A stretch of 64,000 bases of DNA from Vicinamibacteria bacterium (GCA_963668695.2 CAXXLQ010000004.1:1216001-1280000), one strand, 5' to 3'. Shown: positions 47,991-57,634, numbered from the stretch's first letter. A program made the numbers and translations. The notes: generated by a model from the sequence alone, not told the origin.

Positions 47991-49289
47991 ATGACCCCAG
48001 GAACCATTGGAATCGCCCTTGCCCTCGGGATAACCACGATACTGGCGATCGTCATCTTCATCCGTGCCCACGTGGTGGTCTGCGCCCCCAACGAGGCGGT
48101 GATCTTCTCGGGAAGGAAAAAGGGATACCGGATCATTCGGGGTGGCCGCGGTTTCCGCCGGCCCCTTGTCGAAACGGTGTCGCGGATCTCCCTGAACACC
48201 ATTCCCATTGAAGTGACGGTCAAGAAGGCGCTCTCCGCCGGAATGATTTCCCTCAACGTGGACGGCATGGCGACCGTGAAGATTTCCGGCGATCCGAAGG
48301 GCGGACTCGAAAACGCCGTGGAGCGTTTCCTCGGCAGGAGTCAGCACGAAATCCAGACCGTGGCGAGGCAGACGCTCGAAGGAAGCCTCCGCGGAGTGCT
48401 CGCGACCCGGTCCCCCGAGGAGGCGAACGCCGAACGCCTGGGGGTCGCCGAGGCGGTGGCCGAATCCGCGCAGAAGGACTTCTCGCGGCTCGGCCTGGTG
48501 CTCGACACCTTCAAGATCCAGAACCTGTCCGACACCGAGGGGTACCTCGACGCCATCGGGCGGAAGCGGAGCGCCATGGTCAGGCGGGATGCCAAGGTGG
48601 CCGAGGCCCGGGCCGACGCAGAGGCGCGCGATGTCGCGGCGAACGCCAAGATGAACGCGGTGGTCGCCGAGACGAAGGCGGAAGAGGCCATTGTGGACGC
48701 CGAACACCGGGTCCGGATGCGGCGGGCCGAGCGGGCGGCCACCGCGAACCAGGCCGAGCAGGTCGCCGAAGTGGCGAAGCGCATGTCGCGCGTCGAGGAA
48801 GAGCGCCGGCTCGAAGCGATCCGGGTGGAGCGCAACAAGCTGCGGGAGTCCGCCAACACCATCGTCCCGGCCGAAGCGGCGAGTCAAGCCCAGGAGCTGA
48901 CCTCCCGGGGAGAGGCGTCCCGTATCCGGGAGAACGGAAAAGCGACGGCGGAGGCCCTTGCCGAGATCAAGGCCCAGTGGACCGACGACACGACCCGGGA
49001 AATCATGCTGCTGCAGATGCTTCCCCAGCTCCTCGACAAGGTGACCCACGTGCTCCACGACAACCTCCATGTCGAAAGACTCACGGTGGTGGATTCCGGG
49101 GGCGGTGACGCGCTTCCGAACCACGTGCGCGGCCTCACCGGTTCCATTGCCGCCTTCCTGGAGGAGTTGAAGACTTCGACGGGCGTGGACGTGCCGGCGC
49201 TACTCCGCGGCAGCGGAAACGGCGACGACGACGAGAGTGGAGCGAAACGCGGTTCAGCCCGGGGCCCGCTGGGGCACATAGGCCACTGA
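47991..49289 (+). CDS. Flotillin/SPFH domain protein
   Basis: N-terminal TM, PNEAVIFSG, TLEGSLRGVLA, D..GYL.A.G, AEA-rich coiled coil. Confidence 0.9.
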   Translation: MTPGTIGIALALGITTILAIVIFIRAHVVVCAPNEAVIFSGRKKGYRIIRGGRGFRRPLVETVSRISLNTIPIEVTVKKALSAGMISLNVDGMATVKISGDPKGGLENAVERFLGRSQHEIQTVARQTLEGSLRGVLATRSPEEANAERLGVAEAVAESAQKDFSRLGLVLDTFKIQNLSDTEGYLDAIGRKRSAMVRRDAKVAEARADAEARDVAANAKMNAVVAETKAEEAIVDAEHRVRMRRAERAATANQAEQVAEVAKRMSRVEEERRLEAIRVERNKLRESANTIVPAEAASQAQELTSRGEASRIRENGKATAEALAEIKAQWTDDTTREIMLLQMLPQLLDKVTHVLHDNLHVERLTVVDSGGGDALPNHVRGLTGSIAAFLEELKTSTGVDVPALLRGSGNGDDDESGAKRGSARGPLGHIGH

Positions 49290-49646
49290 CAGCCTGTGGT
49301 GGAACCCAGGCGGCCCAGTTCTCCCGGTGGGGGCTCTGCCGGCGATCCATCCCGGCCAAACAGCCTGTAGAGGAACCCGCACGGCGTTCTGCCGGCGATC
49401 CATCCCGGCCAAACAGCCGGTGATGAAACCCACGCGGCGTTCTGCCGGCGATCCATCCCGGCTGAACCGCGTCGCTGCGCGCCGCTCATCGTTGCGTTTC
49501 GGTCGGAATACACCCGGGCCAGTTCTCCCGGTGGGGGCTCCTCCCTCACGCGCCTTGTCAGCCGGGCCCCCACCGGGAGAACTGGCCCCACCGGGAGAAC
49601 TGGGCCTCGCCGGCCTCGGCACTCACCCGGGTTCCACTACAGGCTG
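49290..49646. mobile_element. Expanded family-A MITE with triplicated 5' module and four 18-bp units
   Basis: Starts immediately after the flotillin TGA; modules start at 49290, 49361 and 49414; 18-mers at 49315, 49519, 49568 and 49586; ends ACAGGCTG-TTAG. Confidence 0.85.
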
Positions 49647-50066
49647 TTAGCCGAGCGGGCCAGGAGGGGGCGCGCTTGGCGCGCACGGTCCCCTGACACC
49701 TGAGACGGGGAAGTCACACGCCCCCCTCCCGGCCCGCCCGCGCTCCGCGCGGGTTTCCGGAGCGGTGCGGGAGCACCGCGGAGACCCCGGAGCGCGGATG
49801 GGGGCGGTCGGAGAAACTGGCTCCCCTCCATCCGCAGCTCGGGAATCGGCACTCCCTTGCCCGCCTCGAGCGGGCTTCGGCGAGTCCCGATTCGAGGCTT
49901 CCTTCTTTTTTTGTGAAAGGGGAGGCCCCTTTCACACATTCCCCCGAAATCGCGGGCAGCGAGCTAGGGCTCGCTGCCGACAGTTCTGCTAGCCGGTCGG
50001 CCGCGTGTCATCCCTCCAGGCGCCGTCCGGGACGGGCGGCGCGCCAAGCCCCGGCGGCAGGCGCCT

Positions 50067-50813
50067 TCAGGGACGCTGGATCGCCTTGGCGATTCCGGCC
50101 GCGAGTTCTTCTTCGCCTGCGAGATAGCGCCGGCCGATTACCTTCAGCGCCTCGCCGAGGCGGTACACGAGCGGCATGCCGGTCGGAATGTTCGTTCGCT
50201 GGATTTCCGCAGGTTCCAAGGCCTCGAGGTGCATGATCAACGCGCGCAGGCTGTTGCCGTGGGCGACCACCAGAACCGGACCCGAGGCGAGATCCGGAAC
50301 GATTCGCTGTTCCCAGTAGGGAATGACCCGGCGCCCGGTGTCCTGAAGGGATTCCCCGCGAGGTAGCCGCTCAGCGGGAACCGCCGCGTAGCGCTCGTCG
50401 AATCGCGGATTCCGCGGATCGTCGAAATCCACCAGGGGTGGCCGGTCTCGAAAGCTGCGCCGCCAGGCCAGTGTCCTTTCCGGGCCGAACTCGCGTTCCG
50501 TTTCCGCCTTGTTCTTCCCCTGGAGCGCCCCGTAGTGCCGTTCGTTCAGTTCCCAGGCGTACCGGGTCGGGATCGCCGGAGACTCCAGCCGGACCAGGAC
50601 CTCCTCGAGCGTGTGGATGGCCCGCCTGAGGACGGAGGTGTGCGCAACCACCGGAACGATTCCGGCATCCCGCATTCCTTCGCCAGCCCGGCGCGCTTGC
50701 GACCGCCCGGTTTCGGTGAGCGCTACGTCGGTCCAACCGGTGAAACGGTTCTCCTGATTCCAGACGCTCTCCCCGTGGCGGAGGAGGACAAGGATTCGTT
50801 CGGAACCGCTCAT
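50067..50813 (-). CDS. gpmA: 2,3-bisphosphoglycerate-dependent phosphoglycerate mutase
   Basis: LRHGES.WN.ENRFTGW.DV, LNERHYG.LQG, AHGNSLRAL. Confidence 0.95.
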   Translation of the reverse strand: MSGSERILVLLRHGESVWNQENRFTGWTDVALTETGRSQARRAGEGMRDAGIVPVVAHTSVLRRAIHTLEEVLVRLESPAIPTRYAWELNERHYGALQGKNKAETEREFGPERTLAWRRSFRDRPPLVDFDDPRNPRFDERYAAVPAERLPRGESLQDTGRRVIPYWEQRIVPDLASGPVLVVAHGNSLRALIMHLEALEPAEIQRTNIPTGMPLVYRLGEALKVIGRRYLAGEEELAAGIAKAIQRP

Positions 50814-52438
50814 CCGGTCGGGACGAGCGTGATCTCGCTGGCTGCCGGGGCCGCCGGGATTCCGAGCTGTTTCGCGTTCTCCTCGAACATTTCGGAGAGC
50901 TGCTGTGCCTGCCGGTCGTAGGCCGACCCGTCATCCCAGGTCTGGCGAGGATCGAGCACCCGGGACGGAACGCCGGGGCATTCACGGGGAATGTCGAGAC
51001 CGAAGACCGGTTCCTGACTGAACCCCGCCCGCTCGATTTCTCCGCTCAGGGCCGCCCGGACCAGTTGGCGAGTCAGGGCGAGGGGCATGCGGTCGGCAAC
51101 CCCGCAGGGACCGCCGGCCCAGCCGGTGTTCACGAGATAGCACCGTACGTTGTTCTCCTGGATGCGGCGTCCCAGCAAGCGCGCGTACGCCTCGGGCCGC
51201 CGCGTCATGAACGGCGCTCCGAAGCAGGCGCTGAACGTCGCTTGCGGTTCCTTGATTCCCCGTTCCGTTCCGGCGACCTTGGCGGTGTAGCCGGAGAGGA
51301 AGTGATGCATGGCCTGCTCGGGAGTCAGCCGCGAGATGGGAGGAAGTACGCCGAAGGCGTCGGCGGTCAACATCAGCACGACTTCGGGTTGTCCGCCGGC
51401 CCCTGTCCTGGAAGCGCTCGGGATGTGGGTCACGGGGTACGAGGCGCGGGTGTTCTCGGTGAACTCCGCACTGTCGAGATCCAGCCGGCGGGTGTCCTCG
51501 TGCACCACCACGTTTTCGAGAATGGTGCCGAACTTCCGGGTGGTGGCGTGGATTTCCGGCTCCCCGGTCCGGGAAAGCCGGATTACCTTGGCGTAGCAGC
51601 CGCCTTCGAAGTTGAAGACACCGTCAGCCCCCCAGCCGTGTTCGTCGTCACCGATCAACGTTCTTCCGGGATCCGCTGAAAGCGTCGTTTTCCCGGTTCC
51701 CGAGAGGCCGAAGAAGATGGCGAGATTCCCGCCGTCGGGGTCGCAGTTCGCCGCGCAGTGCATCGGCAATACGTCGCGTTCCGGCATCAGCCAGTTCATG
51801 ACCGAAAACACCGATTTCTTGATCTCGCCCGCATAGGCGGTGCCGCCGATCAGGATTTCCTTCCGCTCGAAATTGACGATGACGAAGACCTCGGAACGCG
51901 TGCCGTCCTGATCCGGCGCGGCGCGGAACCGGGGCGCCGCGATGACCGTGTACTCCGGAAGGTGTTCTCCCAGCGTGTCGCGGTCTCTCGTCCGCACGAA
52001 CATGTTGCGCGCGAACAGGCTCTGCCAGGCCTCCGCGGTGATGACCCGCAGGGGCATCCGGAAGCGGGGATGGGCGCCCACGTAGCAGTCCTGCACAAAC
52101 AGATCCCGTCCTTGAAGGTACGCGGTGAGGCGCCAGCGCAACTGCGCGTAGCGCGACTTCGGGAAAGGCTGATTGTGGGGGCCCCACCACACCTCGTCGT
52201 TCGTCGCCGGGCCGCCGACCACGTACTTGTCGGAGGGCGAACGGCCAGTGAACTCCCCGGTACGGACCACGATCGGCCCGCCGTGCGCCAAGGTCGCCTC
52301 CCCGCGAAAGACGGCTTCCTGGGTCAGCGCGGCGCTCGAGAGATTCCAGAAGATGCGGCGGGGGTAGCGGATACCGGCAAGCCGCACGTCGTGGCGACTC
52401 CGGGCGAAACCGAACTGTTCTGTTGCTTGATGGGTCAA
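50810..52438 (-). CDS. pckA: Phosphoenolpyruvate carboxykinase (ATP)
   Basis: TGRSP.DK, YAGEIKKS, GLSGTGKTTLS, IGDDEHGW. TTG start at 52438 gives a typical length of about 540 aa. Confidence 0.93.
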   Translation of the reverse strand: MTHQATEQFGFARSRHDVRLAGIRYPRRIFWNLSSAALTQEAVFRGEATLAHGGPIVVRTGEFTGRSPSDKYVVGGPATNDEVWWGPHNQPFPKSRYAQLRWRLTAYLQGRDLFVQDCYVGAHPRFRMPLRVITAEAWQSLFARNMFVRTRDRDTLGEHLPEYTVIAAPRFRAAPDQDGTRSEVFVIVNFERKEILIGGTAYAGEIKKSVFSVMNWLMPERDVLPMHCAANCDPDGGNLAIFFGLSGTGKTTLSADPGRTLIGDDEHGWGADGVFNFEGGCYAKVIRLSRTGEPEIHATTRKFGTILENVVVHEDTRRLDLDSAEFTENTRASYPVTHIPSASRTGAGGQPEVVLMLTADAFGVLPPISRLTPEQAMHHFLSGYTAKVAGTERGIKEPQATFSACFGAPFMTRRPEAYARLLGRRIQENNVRCYLVNTGWAGGPCGVADRMPLALTRQLVRAALSGEIERAGFSQEPVFGLDIPRECPGVPSRVLDPRQTWDDGSAYDRQAQQLSEMFEENAKQLGIPAAPAASEITLVPTG

Positions 52439-52608
52439 TGCGGGGAATGCGGACGGGGAGCGAAATCGGCGGCCTAGATGGAAGGTGCTGCCGGCCTGGG
52501 ACCGCTGCGCGGTCGGCTGGCGTGCTCCAGGCGTCGCGAACGGCCCATTACGGCACCGGGGTCTCCCGCAGGACGACTCGATCAGGAGTCGGGAGGCGTT
52601 GATTCTAG

Positions 52609-53162
52609 TAGCCGGTGGCGGAACCCGCGTGAGCGCGCCGAGGCCGGTGAGGCGCCCGGCTGACAAGGCGCGTGAGGGAGGAATACCGGGTGTATTCCGA
52701 CTGAAACGCAACGATGAGCGGCGCGCAGCGACGCGGTGAACAGCCGGTGGTGGAACCCACGTGAGCGCCGAGGTCGGCCAGTTCTCCCGGTGGGGGCGAG
52801 GCCCAGTTCTCCCGGTGGGGGTCCGGCTGACAAGGCGGGTGAGGGAGGAGCCCCCACCGGGAGAACTGGCCCGGGTGTATTCCGACCGAAACGCAACGAT
52901 GGGCGGCGCGAAGCGACGCGCAGTTCTCCCGGTGGGGGTCCGGCTGACAAGGCGCGTGAGGGAGGAGCCCCCACCGGGAGAACTGGCCCGGGTGTATTCC
53001 GACTGAAACGCAACGATGAGCGGCGCGCAGCGACGCGGTTCAGCCGGGATGGATCGCCGGCCGAACGCCGCGTGGGTTTCATCACCGGTTGTTTGGCCGG
53101 GATGGATCGCCGGCCGAGCCCCCACCGGGAGAACTGGGCCGCGCGGGTTTCACCACCGGCTG
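52609..53162. mobile_element. Composite family-A MITE array (reverse orientation) with about six 18-bp units
   Basis: Follows CTAG at 52605-52608. The first core copy lacks 18-mers; later copies carry them at 52778, 52803, 52852, 52920 (one mismatch), 52969 and 53120. Confidence 0.85.
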
Positions 53163-53233
53163 CCAGTGCCGAATTCGAACGCCGGCGCGCGCCGGGTGGT
53201 GCTCCGTTCGGCCGCCGTTTGGGCTCTGACCGA

Positions 53234-54013
53234 TCATCCGCTGGCGGTTGGCTCCACTTCGTCGAGCCCGCTCTGGATGGCGTCCCGGACCCGGTCCATC
53301 AGAGCTCCGATCTGCCGGCGGTCCCGGCCATCGATTCCCTTGGTCTCTATGGGGTCGTGATACCGGACCTGGATGGTTCCCGGATAGATGAGCTTGCCGC
53401 CCGGCGAAAGGATGTCCCTGGCCCCGGTAACCGTGATGGGCACGATCGGGACCTCCGCCTGGATTGCGAGACGGAATCCGCCCGTTTTGAACGGGCCAAG
53501 TTCCCCGGTGCGACTACGGGTTCCTTCGGGCGCGATCACGAACGATCGACCACCCTTGAGAGCGGTGACCGCCGCTTCGAGGCTCTCTCGGGCCGCCTTC
53601 ATACCCGACCGGTCCACGGGCGTGAATCCCGCGGCGCGGAGGCCCCAGCCGAGCAGCGGCACCCGGAATGACTCTTTCTTGATGAGCGTTCCGTTGGCTT
53701 TGGGCAGGAGGTAGAGCACCTGCGGCATGTCCGTCAGCGACTGGTGGTTCGGCATGTACACCCGCGTACCGAACGGCTTGACGCGCCAACGATCCACTTC
53801 GCGCATCCGGATACCGCCAATGAACCAGAGAACGGCAATGATCTGGCGTCCGATCTCGTAGCCAAGACGATGCCGGCCGCTGAAGACATCCCCGAGGGGC
53901 ATCAGGAACGCCCCGAGAAACAGCAGAATCGGCAAAACCGCGGCGATTCCAATGGTGCCGAGGATGGCGCGTACGGTCCGTAATGGCCTGCGCCGGACAG
54001 ACTCTCGAACCAT
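53234..54013 (-). CDS. 1-acyl-sn-glycerol-3-phosphate acyltransferase (PlsC-like)
   Basis: NHQS..D, PEGTRS, PFKTGGF, PIVPI. Confidence 0.9.
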   Translation of the reverse strand: MVRESVRRRPLRTVRAILGTIGIAAVLPILLFLGAFLMPLGDVFSGRHRLGYEIGRQIIAVLWFIGGIRMREVDRWRVKPFGTRVYMPNHQSLTDMPQVLYLLPKANGTLIKKESFRVPLLGWGLRAAGFTPVDRSGMKAARESLEAAVTALKGGRSFVIAPEGTRSRTGELGPFKTGGFRLAIQAEVPIVPITVTGARDILSPGGKLIYPGTIQVRYHDPIETKGIDGRDRRQIGALMDRVRDAIQSGLDEVEPTASG

Positions 54014-54076
54014 GAGTATGGGCCGCTCAGGCAGTCACGCGCCGAATTCTTTTCCGGCGCGGATGCGCTTGCCTAG

Positions 54077-54289
54077 CAGCGTGTGGAGGAAGTCGCTGGG
54101 CGCCAGCCCGAGCCCGCGGTGCCGAGCGCCGCTCGGGAGGGGTATCTCCTCGAAACGAAAGACGGTGGAGCGGATCGCGAAGCGATGCGCTCCGCCATCC
54201 CGGGAGGGAAGCGCCCCGCATCCGACCGATTCCGCAGACTTGGGGTGTTTCCCGTCGTGATCGCGAGCGGGGTGCTTCCCCCCGGGGCG
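54077..54289. mobile_element. Family-C MITE-like element
   Basis: Flanked by CTAG on both sides, the right one containing the carD stop; homologous to 55167-55384. Confidence 0.7.
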
Positions 54290-54940
54290 CTAGTAGCGGT
54301 TGATGGAGATGGAGACGGGACGCCGCCCGCTGTCCAAGCCCTTGGCCAGCCTCCGCCGCTTGGGCGGTCGCAGGGGCACTACTACGCTGGTGGCGGCGCC
54401 GGCGGCTCTCCCTTCGTGCTCTCCCTCTCGGGCCTCGTGGCCCTCCAGTCCGTTCCGGCTCCGGCGCAGCGCCTCCACGACCTTGCGTTCCACCGCCTCG
54501 AGGGTCTCGTCGGCGACTTCGGCGACCTCGGTCACGGTGAGCTGGTGCGCCCGGTCGAGCATCCGCTTCTCGCGGAAGGAAAGGGTCTTGCGCTCGCTCA
54601 GGTAGAAGAGACCCTTGAGGACGCTGGCGACCTCCACCGGAGAACCGCTCTTCATGCGGTCGGAGTTGTCCTTGTAACGGGTCTTCCAGTTGACCTGTTC
54701 GTCCACCGCGCCGTTTTCGAGAACGTCGAGAACCTCCTCGACGTCACCTTCGGTCATGATCCGGCGCAGCCCGACTTCATTTACCTTGTCCACCGGCACC
54801 ATGACCAGCGTGGACTTCGCCAGCAGGCGCAGACGATAGAAGCTCAGCCCCGCCGCCACGTTGGTGAATTCAATGCTCTCGACGACGCTGATCCCCTGAT
54901 TCGGGTAGATCACCTTGTCTCCCACTTCAAACCGCATCAA
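54290..54940 (-). CDS. carD: CarD family transcriptional regulator with C-terminal extension
   Basis: F.VGDKV.YP..G, VPV.....VGLR, NWK.RY with conserved Trp, LS..EK.ML. Confidence 0.9.
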   Translation of the reverse strand: MMRFEVGDKVIYPNQGISVVESIEFTNVAAGLSFYRLRLLAKSTLVMVPVDKVNEVGLRRIMTEGDVEEVLDVLENGAVDEQVNWKTRYKDNSDRMKSGSPVEVASVLKGLFYLSERKTLSFREKRMLDRAHQLTVTEVAEVADETLEAVERKVVEALRRSRNGLEGHEAREGEHEGRAAGAATSVVVPLRPPKRRRLAKGLDSGRRPVSISINRY

Positions 54941-55166
54941 TACTCAACGACGCCTCCCGGATAGCATTTTTAGTACGCGAACCCCTGATGCTACCACACT
55001 CGGAAAGACCCGACCGCTGGCACTCCTGGGATTTGGTGACTTTGTCGACTTGCCGGGGTTGGCTCTCGGAACCTCGTCGTTGCCCGCTGCCGGGTGAGAG
55101 GTACGAATGACGGCCCTCGCGACGTCTCCTTCAGGGTCGAGGACGCTTGGGAGGAGGGATTGTCAG

Positions 55167-55384
55167 CAGCCGGTGGCGCAAGTCGCGCAGCGTCAAATTG
55201 CGGCGCGCAGCGCCGCAGGCGACGGGTGTGGGGAGGGGTTTCCCCTCCTCACGAAAGACGGTGGGGTGCATCGCGGAGCGATTCGCGCCGCCATCCCGTG
55301 GGGGAGAGCACCCGCAACCAAAGATCTGAGATTTGGCGCGTTTCCGGTCATGGACGCGATCCGGGGTGCTTTCCCCACGGGCCG
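55167..55384. mobile_element. Family-C MITE-like element
   Basis: CAGCCGGTGG...GCGGCGCGCAGCGCCGC...ACGAAAGACGGTGG...GGGGTGCTTTCCCCACGG. Confidence 0.7.
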
Positions 55385-55434
55385 TGAGTAGACTGTCCGT
55401 CCGAGCGCCGGTCCGGCGGTGACTTCGGGGGATA

Positions 55435-55522
55435 GCCGGAGTGGCGGAATTGGTAGACGCACGGGACTCAAAATCCCGCGGTCCCTGGGGCCATGAGGGT
55501 TCGAGTCCCTCCTCCGGCACCA
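55435..55522 (+). tRNA. tRNA-Leu (CAA)
   Basis: GCCGGAG/CTCCGGC acceptor stem, CTCAAAA anticodon loop, long variable arm, GGTTCGAG T-loop, encoded CCA. Confidence 0.96.
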
Positions 55523-55553
55523 GCCCCCTGCTCGCGCTGGGCTCCGTGACCCG

Positions 55554-55892
55554 ATGATCCATCCCGAACTCCTGGAAATCCTCTGCTGCCCGGAGACGCG
55601 CCAACCGGTAAGGGTGGCGCCTGCGGCGCTGGTGGAATCCGTGAACCGCGCCATCCGCGACGGAAGTCTCGAGGCGCCGGCCGGCACTGCGAAGCCCGAG
55701 GCCGTGGACGGCGGCTTGGTTCGGGCGGACGGGAAGTTCCTCTATCCCGTCCGGAACGGGATTCCGATCATGCTGATCGAGGAACGGATCCCGCTTCCCG
55801 CGCTCGGGGATGTCCCCGCAGAGTCAGGCCAGGATGTTGAAGAGGGTGGCGACTCCGGTCATCATCCAGTGGAGACTGGCTCCGGGTCCTGA
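55554..55892 (+). CDS. Trm112/YcaR-family protein
   Basis: LLEILCCPET...YPVRNGIPIML. Confidence 0.85.
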   Translation: MIHPELLEILCCPETRQPVRVAPAALVESVNRAIRDGSLEAPAGTAKPEAVDGGLVRADGKFLYPVRNGIPIMLIEERIPLPALGDVPAESGQDVEEGGDSGHHPVETGSGS

Positions 55893-56279
55893 CAGCAGGG
55901 CCTGCCGGAGCGAACCGGGCGGCTCCGTCATCCGGGCGGCTGCCCCCGTCTCGTCTCCCATCAGGGGCGGTTCCGCGGTCCTCTGGAACACGTCGTCGTA
56001 GAGGCGTTCCAGTCGCTCGTCGGTGCGGGTGAGCGAAGCGTCGAGCCACCAAAACCACAGCGCGATCGGCAGAGCTGCCAGGCGCAGCAACAGCCATCCC
56101 TGCAGGGCGCCGACGCCCATGGCGCCCGCCACCACGGCGACGCTCCCGCGCTTCAACCAGAGCGATGTTCTGGTCACCGAGGCTCGCGCGGTCTGAATCC
56201 GGTCCAAAGCCCCGTCCCGTTCCGTGCGATGGGCCCTCGGCGGTTCGGCGCGCAAGCGGGGACGGCCAGTTACCGGCAT
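55824..56279 (-). CDS. Small multi-TM membrane protein
   Basis: IQ.......SL.LK.G hydrophobic segment and FWWLDA......ER.ERLYD.V pattern; start uncertain. Confidence 0.6.
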   Translation of the reverse strand: MPVTGRPRLRAEPPRAHRTERDGALDRIQTARASVTRTSLWLKRGSVAVVAGAMGVGALQGWLLLRLAALPIALWFWWLDASLTRTDERLERLYDDVFQRTAEPPLMGDETGAAARMTEPPGSLRQALLSGPGASLHWMMTGVATLFNILA

Positions 56280-56307
56280 CTCAGCAACCAGTCAGCGATG
56301 GCCTTGG

Positions 56308-56394
56308 CAGCGGGTGGCGAAAGTCGGCCCGTGTCCGCCTGCGGCGCGGAGCGCCGCAGGCGAGGCGTGCGAAGGGGTGCTTTTCCACGGGCTG
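56308..56394. mobile_element. Internally deleted family-C MITE-like element
   Basis: Same ends and GCGGCGC..GCGCCGC hairpin; right flank CTAA contains the stop codon of the DUF3467 gene. Confidence 0.65.
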
Positions 56395-56724
56395 CTAATG
56401 AACCGTGGAGGAATCGGTCCCCTGGGGTCGAGGGACATTCTCATTTTCGGCCTGCTCTACGGCGCGCAACTGGGTTTCGAGCATCTTGATGAGGGCAGGG
56501 ATAATCCGGAAGGGAAGCGTGACCCGGGTCTTGGGATCCGCGTGCACGACAGGCTCCCCGGTCGCATCGGTATGGGAAAGATCCTCCGGCTGAATGCCCG
56601 TGAGACTGCAGAAAGTGAGCGTCAGATCGAACGGCGAATGCGTTGCTTCGCAGAAGTTCGCATACACCTCGGGACACTGGACACCGCGCCGAGCCTTGAT
56701 CTTGAACGTTTTCTTCATGTCCAT
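56395..56724 (-). CDS. DUF3467-family protein
   Basis: VYAN......SP.D..L.F and R..LP.....LI..L pattern; GGAG RBS six nt before ATG 56724; directly downstream of the tRNA. Confidence 0.7.
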   Translation of the reverse strand: MDMKKTFKIKARRGVQCPEVYANFCEATHSPFDLTLTFCSLTGIQPEDLSHTDATGEPVVHADPKTRVTLPFRIIPALIKMLETQLRAVEQAENENVPRPQGTDSSTVH

Positions 56725-56769
56725 AGACATCTCCAGCAATGGGATCTCCAACTTGGAGGTTACCGTCGG

Positions 56770-56843
56770 TAGCGGGGGGCGGACTTGAACCGCCGACCTA
56801 AGGGTTATGAGTCCTTCGCTCTGACCGGCTGAGCTACCCCGCC
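56770..56843 (-). tRNA. tRNA-Met (CAT), probably elongator; CCA not encoded
   Basis: GGCGGGG/CCCCGCT-A acceptor with G1:U72, CTCATAA anticodon loop, GGTTCAAG T-loop; lacks initiator C1:A72 mismatch and GGG/CCC anticodon stem. Confidence 0.9.
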
Positions 56844-56888
56844 AACCGATATTTCGTCGGAACCGGCCAACCTTATCATCGCGCCAGC

Positions 56889-56904
56889 TTGGCACGCCGG
56901 TTGC
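56889..56904 (+). promoter_or_regulatory. Sigma54 (-24/-12) promoter
   Basis: TTGGCACGCCGGTTGC matches TGGCAC-N5-TTGC, 50 nt upstream of the Spy/CpxP gene. Confidence 0.8.
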
Positions 56905-56953
56905 GTTTTGGTGCGTTGTCTCGTGCCCCAAGGCGCGGAAAGGAGCCATTGTT

Positions 56954-57619
56954 ATGAAGAAGATCGAGCGCCCCGCGCCGGTTCGGTTCGGCCCGTTCCG
57001 GACTCTCCTGGTGGCCGTGCCGTTTGGCCTCGCCTCCGTCGGACAGGCAGCGGCGGAACCCCGCCCGGAGCCGGATGCCCGCGTCGCCGCCGTTTCGTCC
57101 GCGGAGGCCGGAATTCAGTCGGCGGTTCAGCCGGGCCGCGAGCGGATGGCGCGCCGGTTCGAGCGCGGGACGGTGATTCGGGAACGTCGCACCCGCCGTG
57201 ACTCCCGCCGTGATTCCCGCGTAGATCAGGCCGGACGCTGGTTCGGACGCCGGGCGGCCGCGGCGCTGGACCTCACTGACGATCAGCGCGATCAGATGCG
57301 ACAGGCGATGCGCGAAATCGGCGACAACCGCCGGGACAGCCGGCGCGAGATTGCCGACGCGCGACGCTCTTTCCGTCAAGCGGCGCGAGACTCAGAGAGG
57401 ACCGCAGCGGAGATCCAGACGCTCGGAGAGGCCCTCGGGAAGGCCCAGGCCGATGCAGTCGTTCGGGGACGCGCCGATCGGGACCGGCTGGCCGGCATCC
57501 TGAGCGAAGAGCAGCGCGCGCGGCTCGCGCAGATGCGCCAGAACCGCGGCGAGCGCGTCCGCCCCGAACGGCGGAACCAGCCGGAAGCGCGGAGCCGGCG
57601 AGGCGCGCGCCGCAACTGA
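56954..57619 (+). CDS. Spy/CpxP/ZraP-family periplasmic protein
   Basis: LDLTDDQRDQM and ILSEEQR LTxxQ-type motifs; signal-like N-terminus. Confidence 0.85.
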   Translation: MKKIERPAPVRFGPFRTLLVAVPFGLASVGQAAAEPRPEPDARVAAVSSAEAGIQSAVQPGRERMARRFERGTVIRERRTRRDSRRDSRVDQAGRWFGRRAAAALDLTDDQRDQMRQAMREIGDNRRDSRREIADARRSFRQAARDSERTAAEIQTLGEALGKAQADAVVRGRADRDRLAGILSEEQRARLAQMRQNRGERVRPERRNQPEARSRRGARRN

Positions 57620-57634
57620 CGGCTGCCTCCTTGG

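Noticed and set aside
46161-49124. 987-aa minus-strand ORF
   Set aside because: Antisense shadow of glnK-glnA-flotillin caused by GC-rich codon bias; no recognisable motifs.
52439-53125. 228-aa N-terminal extension of PckA
   Set aside because: The extension is mostly read-through of the MITE array; a TTG start at 52438 gives normal length.
54077-55384. Composite transposon carrying carD between two family-C elements
   Set aside because: The two copies are diverged, no transposase is present and carD looks like a native gene; independent insertions are simpler.
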